Of a stretch of 64,000 nt of DNA, positions 25,331-35,624 are shown piece by piece. The stretch comes from Eutreptiella sp. 'Long Island Sound 2002' (Eukaryota > Protista > Euglenida), in NCBI GenBank assembly GCA_964036045.1, contig OZ038378.1:59148001-59212000 (forward strand), read 5' to 3'. Position 1 is the first letter of the stretch. Each line of letters starts with the position of its first letter. Position numbers and translations under genes: made by a program. A model generated the notes under the pieces. The model ran no database searches. It was not told the DNA's origin and worked only from the letters and a program-made list of their open reading frames with translations.

Positions 25331-28300
25331 TTATTCCAGAAGCTCCCGCTGCACCCCTTCCCTTTCTGCTTGCTGGTGCAGGCGTAGCTCCTGCAACGCC
25401 CACGCCATCGTGCTGCCCGGGCCCAGGCGGGCCTTCAGCAGTGTGGCACGCGCCTTGGCGTGGGCGTACCAGATCCGTATGGACTCCTCCACGACGTGGC
25501 AGAGGAACTCCGTGCCCAGCGAGTGGGGCCCCGTACACTCCAGGTGGGCCAGCTGCATGGAGGGGGTCCGCAGGGCTGCCGCCCACTGCTCCAGCACAGT
25601 CGGTTCCCACAGCTGGTGACGCACTGGGGCCGCCCGTGGCCCCATCTTCTGGTCAAGCCACGCTGCGAGGCGCCGGCGGGCTGGCCCCCACTCGTGCGAT
25701 TGAGCCGAGCAGGCCCACAGGTGGGGCGCCGTCTCGGGCTGTGTCCCGCACAGGAGGCACGTTGTATCCAGCACCGTGCCCCGGTGGGAGGAACGGTGGG
25801 CCAAGACGGTCATGGTCGGGACGTTGTCCATGCGATGCGCCGTGATGTGGCGCTGCTGGTCGTGGTCGAACCAGTCCAGGGGGAGGCCCCCCCCTGGCAT
25901 GAAATTTACCCCCCAGCGGGCCTCGTAGATGGCTTGCGCCGGTATGGAGGCCCGGTCCTGCAGCCAGTCACTCAGCGCCGTCGGGGAGAGCTGGCACTGG
26001 TCGCGGAAGGGCACTGGGGGGATAAATGAGTAGGGGCGCCTGAGGAGCCACGTGAGGTCTACCTCTGGCGGCTCCCGCGTCGCTGCGTCCACACGGACGT
26101 TGAGGTCCGTGATCCAGTGCGACGGTGTGGTCACCACATTGATGGCAGACCTCGGGGAGAGGCGCTGCCCCCCCAGGACAGTGGCGTAGAGGTGGTGGAT
26201 GCCATCTCCGCAGTGCCCTCCTTCCTGGTACGTGCGGAGGGCCCGCACTGCTGCCTCCGAGTCCGGCACCAGCCAGTAAACCCCCTGCTGTGTCGCCAGC
26301 CGGCGGGCATACGAGAGGAGGGCCATCGCTTCCCCCTCCCCGGAGGTGCCCGGTCCCGAGGCCACCTGGGCCTGATACTCCCCAGGCCCGCTCTAGACGA
26401 CCCCGGCCATGGCCATACCCGCCTGCGTGGCCCCTGCATCCACCGCCACGACACTGCCTCGGAGGGTCGCCAGCGCAGGCAGGTCATGGAACCAGACGCC
26501 TGGGCGAGTCTCAGGGGCCAACACTCGCGGGGGGTCAGTCGCCCGGCCGTGGGGCGCCAGGAGGGCCATGTCCCCATGGTGCTCCCTGAGGTGGGTGCAC
26601 AGGGCCTGGTGTAGCTCCGCTGGCACTGTCCCCACCGTATCGAGGGAGTAATAGAGGGGTCCCTTGTGCGGGTGCCCCGGGCATTTGTGCGCCATGCACT
26701 CCGCTGGATATTGGAAGCGCGCCACCGCCGCCGGGGCTATGGCGATCCACGGAAACGGCGGCAGCGTGGAGGTGATCGTCACGAGAGGGGCCTGCGATGT
26801 GCTGGCCCAGTTCCAGTAGGCGGCAGTCGGGGGGGCTGTCGTCCACACGACGGTGGGCGCCCTGACCCCAGTGCGCTGGAGCTGGGCCAGGGACTCCTGC
26901 CGGTGGTCGCCCCACAGCTGGGCGTGCAGTGGCGCATCCACCTGCACTTGGATATCCAGGAGGGCCACCAGGAGGCGGTGGAGCCTGGTGTCGCTGGGCA
27001 GGGTGCCCGGGGGCTGCTGGCACACCCGGGGTTCTGACGCCCAGCCCGCGGTCTCCATGGTGTCCTGCAGGGCCGCGGTCATCCGGAGGGGCTGTCCCCT
27101 ATGGTATATCGTCTCCATCTGGGTTGTTTTGGCCGCCCGGCCCCCCACGATGACTTCCGCCTGATAGGTGGGCACGGCCCTCGGGATCCAGTCCTTGGGC
27201 GCCGCCTGCCATCGCGGCGTGGGTTCCCTCAGGAGCGGGACCAGTACCGCAGCGTGGCGGGCCAGCCACGCCCGTAGCCCCGGGATCCCCTTGCGGGCTG
27301 GCGCTCGTCTCTTCAGGGCTTGCTCCGGCAGCACCTGGTGAGTCTCTGTGTAGAGGTCGCCGAGGTGATGGTAGCCCAGGGCCTGTACCGTTTCGTACAC
27401 CGTCGGGGGGACGACCACCTGCGCGACGGCGCCATACAGAGTTGTGTACACCTCCACCCGGGGGGCAGGGGCCGCCGCCGCCGCCGATCGCGGCCCACCG
27501 GGACCTCGGACTACGATGGGGGTGGTCCCTGAGCACTGGCCCGGCATCCACATGGGCATGGCCACCTCATCCACGACCCGCTGCAGCGTGGCTATGAGGT
27601 GGGGGCACTTGGGGTGATGCGTGTACTGCCCCGGGGTAAGCACCGCCGGGCAGCCCCCTCTGAGCGCCTGGTGCGTTTGCAGGTACCCTGCCGAACCCAC
27701 TCTCGAACTACCGCCGCCTGCCACAAGTGCTCTGACCGAGTGAGACCCTGGCACCCATGCTCCCAGGGTCCCCAGAGCGCGTCGGTATGAGCGTGGCGGG
27801 AGATGCCCGTCACCTGCTTGTATGCTCGCACCATGAGAGCATTGTTTGCCGCGTGTACCTTGGCCGTGGGGCGGTACACGCTGGCTAGGGGGAGCAGCTT
27901 GCTCGGGAGCTTGGCCATGAGCACCATCATGGCCGCGTCCGGGGAGAGCCGCTGGGGGCGGAGCTGTGTCCAGAGCTCCGCCCTGACCTCCGGCAGGTTG
28001 CGGGGGGCCGTAGGCGCCCCCTGGAGGTAAATGTCGGTTCCCATATATCGGAGGACCCTGGAGGGCTGTATCTCCGGGGGCCCTGCCAGTGCCTCTCGCC
28101 GCTGGTCCGGGGTACTCGTCACCCACGCGCGGCCTAGGTGGCGGGCCACGGCTGCTGGCGTAGGCGACCGTAGGGGCCGTGGGTCTGACGTGGAGCCGTG
28201 CTGGATCTTGCGGTCAGGGACGTCCACCCGCAGGATTCCCTGGTAGTATACCCGCTGATCCAATAGGACCCCCTGTATGGGGTGGGAATCGCCCCGCTCC

Positions 28301-30915
28301 AAAAGGACGATCGTGTCGTCCACCCACATGAGTCCCGGGAAGCGGAAGGGCTCTACCGCCAAGGACCGGTATGCGATGTCCATGTATCGCAAGAAGGGGA
28401 GCGCCGCCGTCGCCCCCGCATGGACCCCTTGGACGGTACCCTGGGGCGTACCCAGGAGTTGCGTCAGGGTGTGGGACTGCCAGGGGCCCAAGGGCAGGGT
28501 GTAGGAGAAACCCTCGGTATGGGTGGCGAGGTGGTCGGCCTCTCCCAGGCCCACCTGGGCTCCCACTATAGGGTGAATGCCCTGCGCGATCACGTCGAAG
28601 AATTTTGCGAGATCCGTGATCAGGACGTCCACTATCCGGTTTTGAAGCCTGGCCAGGTCCAGCTTCATGTGCACCGTGCGGACGACCTCCTGGAGGGATA
28701 TCCCCCGCATGCCCCCCACTAGGCAGGGGCCCCCCAGGGCCCGCTCGTAGACGGCTGTCGCCACGGCATAGAAGGCCGTGGGCTCGAGTTTGGAGACGTG
28801 GGAGGAGATGGTTATCCCCCGGAGGTTCGCCTCCTGGACCGGCTGGTCCGGGTTTTTTAGGAGCAGGGTAACCCGCCCCCGCCTGCCCACCGTGCGGCTG
28901 ACCGGGGGGCTGCGCACCACGGTGCACAGGGTCTTCTGGTCCGCCTCCGTCAGGTGTCGGTACCAGGAGATATCGATGCAGATGTCCGCTTCGGGTAGGC
29001 GGAGGTCGGGGCCGCGGGCCTTCCCCGACTGCACCTCCCAGAGGTGGCGGGGCTGGACATAGTCGCCGCGGGCTGGCGGGGCATGCTGTGGCAGCAGCCC
29101 CAGGTACCTCTGGAAGTGGGCCCATCGGTCAGGGTCATCTCGGATCCGGTAGCTATGGCCCTGGAGCCGTAGGCGGTTCAAGTACAGGGCAGACAACGTC
29201 TCCCTGGGGTTGAGGAGCGCCTTGCTGTCCAGGGGGATTTCCGAGACATCGCGCGGGGGGCCCCTGCTACGACGCTGCACCTCCCTCCACTGCTCTGGGG
29301 TGCGTTTCAAGTTGAGGGTTTCCTGCTTGCGTCGGAGGGCCCTGCGTTTCACCCCCCGGAGGCTCTGCTGGCGCTGGGCTTCTCCCAAGGCCACGAGGCT
29401 CCGCTTGAGGGCGTGCCCCGCCGTCACTGAGGTGCCCAATATGCTCTGGGCCATCACTGTAAAACGCCCCACCGTGGGGAGCATGCTGCGCGCTGGGAAG
29501 GGCTGCTGGGGAGCCCGCGAGGGGGGAGCTCGCTCCGCCGGGCGCGTCTTGAGGCGGTACTGCCGGAAGCGGAGGGCTCGGACCCTGCCCGTGGCGTGGG
29601 CCCAATCGTAGATGGCCCTTTGCAGGCCTTTCAGCCACCGAATCGGGGCGAGCTGGGGGTCCACGGCCCTCCTGCGGAGTACTGAGTTGTGGAAATCGGC
29701 CGTGTCGGCCGGGGACAGGGCCACTGGGCCCAGGTGGTACTCCGGGGTGCGGGAGACCGTATGGGGGCTGGGCTTGTCCAGCCGGTTCACCGGGAAGGCG
29801 ATGGTGAGAAGGAGGGGGACGTGGTGGTCCGAGAGGAGGGTGCTCGCCCAGTAGTGGTACGAGGCGATGGTGAACTGCGCTTCGCTGTGACAGGCGGCTG
29901 TGTCGATGCGGGAGCGCGCGGCTCCCTGGAAGCAGGAGTATGTGTCCTGCGGGACCGGGTGAAGGTCCACCAAGTCCCTTAGGTTGAAGGCCCTCAGGAA
30001 CGTGCGGTAGCCCGTGTCCTCGGGGCGCGGGGTCCCTCTATCCGCCGGTCGGGCCGCCGAGTTGGTGTCTGCGACAACCAGGACGGTCGTCGGGTCGACC
30101 AGGCAGGTGACCTCCCTCCAGACGGCGGCCCACCATCTCACGTAAGGCTCCACGCCTATGCTGATCTGGGGGGCATGGGCTGCCAGCACATGATGCCGAC
30201 CCCACGGGGTGAGGACCTCCATGAGGAGGGCGTTGGCATCCTCCGCGCCCCAGAGGAGGGAAGCCCGGGTGGTTGTCCCGGTGCGGACGTATACTTCCAG
30301 GCCCGCCCCTGTCTTGCCGTGGGCGGGGAGCACGACGTGACGGGCGTAGTCCTGAAAGGGGGGGTCCTCGGGGCCTGCCCGGGACTGGGCCTCAGCCAGG
30401 ACGAGGAGGGTAGGGCGGCGCGCTGCCATGTGTAGGGCTTGCGCCAAGAGGCGTTGCCGGAGGTACCGGCCCCGGACGTTGAGCCACAGGTACCCCACAG
30501 CGTGCACGTCCTCCGGGGTGCCCTCAATTCTGGGACTGCGGGGGAGTGGGGTGCTCCGGCTCCGGGTCCGGCTCTGAGGAAGTGGGTCCGCCCTGGGGGT
30601 CGGCGTGTGTGGCCGAACCGCCACCTGCCCCCTGGGCCGCCCGCGGGTCACGCCCGATGAGGCCAAAAACCGTGGTCAGGGAGGGAGTCCCCGCTGGCGG
30701 TTCGCCCGTGAGCCTGGGGAGCACCCAGTCTCGCAGGGCCGGGGCCTGCGCCCCCAGGACCTTGAAGCCGACCGGCTTGGCCGGCTGGAGGGCCCGGGCG
30801 TAGCTGACCCACGAGGCGCTCCATCCCTTCCAGTCGGCGTCGCGGAGCTGCTGGGCCCCCAGGGCCGAGGGGACGACGACGAGTCCCCCCCGAGCCCCTG
30901 CCTGCTAGGAGGCAT
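25331..30915 (-). mobile_element. Near-intact single-ORF non-LTR retrotransposon (about 1860 codons): APE - RT - long linker - RNase H - CCHC zinc finger; two premature stops and one frameshift
   Basis: APE: WLNVRG, LAEAQ, VADTNS, SRIDT, SDHHVP. RT: NLRGITISS, DLAKFFDVI, TPQGTVQG, MWVDD, RYMGT. RNase H: AVDAG, GEGEA, PDSEAA, PSHW..NVRVDAA. Zn finger: CLLCGTQPETAPHLWAC. ATG at 30915 is in frame with the 30666 ORF through TGA at 30676; frameshift at about 27690; TAG at 26393 is in frame with the 26365 ORF. Confidence 0.92.
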
Positions 30916-32114
30916 GCAGCCGAAGCCCGACTCCTTCTTCCAAGAACATCAAGAACAACGAGGGGGTGGAGGGTAAGTGATAGGGGCTGCCGCCTCCCCA
31001 GCGTGGGGGGCACGGTACAAGATAGTCCTCCTTCCCCCTCGGTACAAGATAGTCCTCCTTCCCCCTCGCGAAGCATCAGCACAGCACAACACACAGCACA
31101 TCACAGCACAGCACAGCATAACACAGCACAACACAGCACACAACACAACACAACACAACACAGCACAGCACAGCACAGCACAACCGCCCCGTGACCAAAC
31201 CCAAGGACGAGTCCCGGGGACGCCCGTGTGGAGCTGAGGCCACCAGACCAACAGTTCTGGCGGCAGAGGTGAGTGCAGCACAGGACTCCCAAGCAGCAGA
31301 GCTGACAGCGGAGGTTTGCACACCACAGACCACCAGACCAGGCAGCAGTGGTGTGGTGTGGTGTGGTGTGGTGTGGTGTGGTGTGGTGTGGTGTGGTGTG
31401 GTGTGGTGTGGTGTGGTGTGGTGTGGTGTGGTGTGGTGTGGTGTGGTGTGGTGTGGTGTGGTGTGGTGTGGTGTGGTGTGGTGTGGTGTGGTGTGGTGTG
31501 GTGTGGTGTGGTGTGGTGTGGTGTGGTGTGGTGTGGTGTGGTGTGGTGTGGTGTGGTGTGGTGTGGTGTGGTGTGGTGTGGTGTGGTGTGGTGTGGTGTG
31601 GTGTGGTGTGGTGTGGTGTGGTGTGGTGTGGTGTGGTGTGGTGTGGTGTGGTGTGGTGTGGTGTGGTGTGGTGTGGTGTGGTGTGGTGTGGTGTGGTGTG
31701 GTGTGGTGTGGTGTGGTGTGGTGTGGTGTGGTGTGGTGTGGTGTGGTGTGGTGTGGTGTGGTGTGGTGTGGTGTGGTGTGGTGTGGTGTGGTGTGGTGTG
31801 GTGTGGTGTGGTGTGGTGTGGTGTGGTGTGGTGTGGTGTGGTGTGGTGTGGTGTGGTGTGGTGTGGTGTGGTGTGGTGTGGTGTGGTGTGGTGTGGTGTG
31901 GTGTGGTGTGGTGTGGTGTGGTGTGGTGTGGTGTGGTGTGGTGTGGTGTGGTGTGGTGTGGTGTGGTGTGGTGTGGTGTGGTGTGGTGTGGTGTGGTGTG
32001 GTGTGGTGTGCCGAAGGCGCTGTTACCAAAGGGCAAAGGCCGGGATGTCTACCCACGGGTAAAGGTAAACGGGCTGGGCTGTGTGTGTTGTGTGCGCGCT
32101 GTGTGTAAGTGTGT
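30893..32114 (-). repeat. Upstream long direct repeat of the LINE
   Basis: Second copy of 23826-25268; it contains the (CACAG/CACAA)n tract, the duplicated GTACAAGATAGTCCTCCTTCCCCCTC motif and the ORF ATG. Confidence 0.95.
31350..32009. repeat. (GGTGT)n pentanucleotide array, about 132 units
   Basis: Read directly; the junction sequences on both sides are the same as for the 24288 array. Confidence 0.97.
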
Positions 32115-32189
32115 TGTGGCATAGCCGGACCAGTGCACTCTCGCACTTGGCCGACACTGCCTTGCCGACGCCTGCGCGCAGTCACACAG

Positions 32190-32635
32190 GGTCCCATTGG
32201 CCCACTGCACCCTGCGTGCCGCGCTGCACCACCAGTGCCTTCTGTGTGGTGCCGCACTGCTTGGTGCTCTGCACCTCACTGCACTGTGTGTGCCCTGCTG
32301 CACTGTTGCTCACTGCCTGGGCGCAGTGGGCAGTGGACCTCCTTCTATGCACTGCCCCACTGCCTGGGCGCAGTGGGCAGTGGACCTCCTGCAACACACT
32401 GCCTCACTGCCGGGGGGCAGTGGGCAGTGGACCTCCTTCAATGCACTGCCCCACTGCCTGGGGGCAGTGGGCAGTGCAACTCCTGCAATGCACTGCCTCA
32501 CTGCCCTGGGGCAGTGGGCAGTGCAACTCCTGTAATACAGTGCCGCACTGCCTGGGGGCAGTGGGTAGTCGAACCCCTGCAATGCACTGCCTTACTGCCC
32601 CGGGGGCAGTGGGCAGTGGACCTCCTGCAATGCTA
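32190..32635 (+). repeat. Minisatellite of about 55-60 bp (GCACTGCC..CTGCCTGGG..CAGTGGGCAGTG..CTCCTGCAAT), 6-7 degenerate copies
   Basis: Repeated gggcagtgggcagtg and cctcctgcaa/gcactgcc blocks. Confidence 0.85.
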
Positions 32636-32647
32636 TGCACACCAGCA

Positions 32648-33475
32648 TGGGGGGACGGGGAGTCCAGCCCAGGGGGTGGTCGGAGTATTCTTCAGGGCCC
32701 ATGGGGAGGCGGCATCTTCGTAGAGCCGGGCACACCGGCCCGGGGGGTACAGGGAGTCCTGCCCAGGGGGTGGTCGGACTATCAGAGGGCCGGAGGGAGG
32801 GAAGGTTGGATAGGGTCACGGGCTTGTTTCAGGGCTGGAGGGGGAGAGGGTGGGAGGGTGGGCATCCTGCGCCGTGCTGTGCTGTGCTGTGCTGTGTCGT
32901 GCTTCGCTGTGTTGTGGGGTGTGCTGCGATGTGTTGTGTGTTGTGCTGTGCTAGTGCTGAGAGAGCTCAGGTTGGGTTATGGGCTTGTTTTTGAGCTGGA
33001 AGGGCTGAGGGGGGGGGAGCGCTGGTTTGCGCTGTGTGCCGGTTTGAGGGCAGGATAGGGGGAGGGAGAGAGGGCAAGTCAGGGTTGTGGGCTGGTTTCT
33101 AGGCCGGATGGGCGGAGGGAGGGGGGGCTGGATAGGGTTATGGGCCTGTTGTAGGGCTGGATGGGCGGAGGGAGGAAGGGTGGGCATCCTGCACTAGGCA
33201 AGGCATCCCACACCAGGCAGGGCATCCCGCACGTGGCAGGGCATCCCGCACCAGGCAGGGCATCTCACACATGGCAGGGTTGACGGTGTGCTTGATGGTT
33301 CGCTTGATGGTGTGCTCGAGGGCGTGCATGATGGCGTCCGGCCTGGGGGGGACGGGGAGTCCAGCCCAGGGGGTGGTCGGAAAAGCCTTTAAGGCCCATG
33401 GGGAGGCGTCTTCTTCGGAGAACCGGGCACACTGGCCTGGGGGGGACGGGGAGTCCAGCCCAGGGGGTGTTCGGA
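32648..33475 (+). repeat. Four copies of GGGGGACGGGGAGTCCAGCCCAGGGGGTGGTCGGA arranged as two pairs, with GGGCATCCC and GGGAGGGAAGG sub-repeats
   Basis: Copies at about 32650, 32743 (variant), 33347 and 33442; each pair is linked by GGCCCATGGGGAGGCG..CTTC. Confidence 0.75.
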
Positions 33476-33487
33476 GTCTCCTGTAAG

Positions 33488-33850
33488 GTGTGGTGTGGTG
33501 TGGTGTGGTGTGGTGTGGTGTGGTGTGGTGTGGTGTGGTGTGGTGTGGTGTGGTGTGGTGTGGTGTGGTGTGGTGTGGTGTGGTGTGGTGTGGTGTGGTG
33601 TGGCGTGGTGTGGTGTTCTGCGATTTCGTGGTGTGGTGGCGTGGCGTGGCGTGGTGGTGTGGTTTTGTGTGGGGCCATCTTGTGTTGCATTGTGTTGTGT
33701 CGTGCACGACACAACAGCACGACGCAATAGCACAAAGCACAACACAACAGCACAGCCTCACAGTATGGTAAGATGTGGTGTGCAGTGCAGTGCAGTGCGG
33801 TGCAGTGCAATGCCATGTTGTGTAGAACTGTGCTGTGGTGTGAGAGGGCA
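33488..33850. repeat. (GGTGT)n array (about 25 units) grading into GGCGT, TGTGT and GCAGT pentamers up to the exon 1 donor
   Basis: Read directly. Confidence 0.85.
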
Positions 33851-33856
33851 GCACAC

Positions 33857-34143
33857 CCTGTGAGGTGCACAATGATGGGATCCCCTTCCGTCATGAAGAC
33901 CACTTCCTGACTGGCAGAGAAATTCAGATCGAGCGGGGACTGATCGATGGTGCCAGCAACCAAAGTGCAAAGGCAAAAAGTCTTTCCATCGATTGTCACT
34001 TTCACTGACACTCTGCCATTGTTCTCGGGTGGCAATGCTGCTTGAGACAGATGCAAGTGCACGCCATCCGGCGGCGTCTGAGTGTACTTCTTATCCGGTT
34101 GGATCTCAAGGCCAAAAAAGCAGTTGGGGCTTTGCGACGCCAT
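33857..34143 (-). CDS. Exon 1 of the nucleoplasmin-like histone chaperone (NPL core domain, FKBP39/Fpr3/HD2-type fold)
   Basis: MASQSPNCFFGLEIQPDKKY..LHLSQAAL..VSVKVTIDGKTFCLCTLVAGTIDQSPLDLNF..EVVFMTEG..VHLTG shows the classic NPL pattern (FFG.E, LSQAAL, LCTL, LDL.F, VHL.G). Confidence 0.93.
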
Positions 34144-35065
34144 TGTGGACAAATGTGTAAAAGCAACCAAGGAAGTCCGGGACTGTGGTGGGAGATGGGG
34201 ATGCGTGGTGCTTCAGGATTATGGTCCCTTGGCTATTGATGCACCTGCTCACAGGCCGGCATGGCCACACCAGGACTGCCCCCATGCCCAAAATCCTTGC
34301 CCTATTTCATTCCATCAAAACATCAAGTAGTATAACCTGCGTGCAGTGGGCCCAAACAACTGGAAAAAAACTCCATAGCGATCCCATGTGCACACCATAG
34401 CTGCTATTTCCAGTGTTTCTGCCAACAGCCTGCAGCGTGCAGCCTGCTGGTAGTTGACGGTGACCTAATGGTGGTGGACCACCAACTGCTGGCCTCAAGT
34501 ACTAGACTTTCCATTTGAAAAAATGTTCTCTAAGAAAGCCTCTGGGCCACACAATTGATGATGGCTAATGGTGCAAATGGTGCAAAATCATGGGGGCATG
34601 CACGCACGGTGCCCATTATTTGGCTGCCTTTACCGGTGACGAAACCTCAAAAGCATGCACCACCAAACGCTGGCATGCGCAGGTCAACACAGCTTAATTG
34701 ATGGCTACACTCAGAGCATTACAGATTTTTCACTATCTGCCAGGTGAGAAAAGGTGCGGCGAGGCCATGGACTATGAAAATGGATTGGATGCAATGAACA
34801 AGTGCCTAATATTGGTCGATGGGTAAAACACATTGAGCTCCATAGACCTGGTAGGTACCGCCCACTTGCGTCATGGCTCCACAAATGTTTGACAGAGTGC
34901 CTCTGTGATGGCTGCGGTGGCTGCCGTCGCCCTGTCAGAGTGGGGTACAGCACTCCACCCCTGCGGGTTGTTGAACCTTCCTTTGCGCTGGAGGGGTAGA
35001 GTGGCCCAGAACTACAACTCATTTGTAGTTTTGGAAAACAATATGCAGACTACTTGGCGTACCGA

Positions 35066-35624
35066 ACTGATTCCTGTGCACACACAAAGGGTAAGCGGCC
35101 TTGGCTTGAAGGCCACAAAATGCACCTCAACTCTTCGACTCCACAAGGTCTACTTTTTTTCAGATTTTCTCAAGCACTGGCCTCAAGTATCTTGGAAGGA
35201 AATCATATTTAGGAGCTGAGCCCTTGGGCTGCTGGGCTTCTAGCTGCTCTCGTGCTCTCCCATACAAGAGTGCGTGAGATAAGCCACCCTTGATGCTGAC
35301 AGAGCAAGAGGTTGCAGCTCAGGGGCATCAGGTTGGATCCTTGGTTGCTCGGCTGTGGCCATCATTGCCCCTTGGCAAGGTCATGCTGTACACCATCGTG
35401 TGATGTATTGGGAGTGGGTCCTGCCCAAACTGACCCCGGACTACACCAGGTAGGATATGGCATTGCCTGCCCTGAGCAGGCTAGTTGCCCAACCAAACTG
35501 ATTCCTGTGCACGCACCACAGGGTAAGCGGCCTTGACTTACAGGCCAAAAAGTGCGCCTCAGCTCTTTGACTCCACAAGCTCTACTTTTTTCCGATTTGC
35601 TGTAGCACTGACCTCAAGTATCTC
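35066..35624 (+). repeat. Direct duplication of about 125 bp (35066-35192 and 35498-35624)
   Basis: actgattcctgtgcac..agggtaagcggccttg..actccacaag..tctactttttt..cactg.cctcaagtatct occurs twice. Confidence 0.8.

Larger units (their letters stand above)
4301..33856 (-). other. 29,556-bp GT-AG intron (phase 2) of the NPL gene
   Basis: Donor ACA GG|GTGTGC at 33856 and acceptor CTGCAG|G at 4301; the spliced CDS is 287+391=678 nt (225 aa plus stop) and stays in frame. Confidence 0.8.

Noticed and set aside
23910-25845. Long VVWCG/TTPHH ORFs (also 31076-32257 and 33389-33863)
   Set aside because: They are translation products of the stop-free (GGTGT)n arrays in all frames.
23826-32114. Canonical LTR or DIRS retrotransposon
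   Set aside because: No TG..CA ends, PBS/PPT, protease, integrase or tyrosine recombinase were seen; the ORF has an APE and a LINE-type RT.
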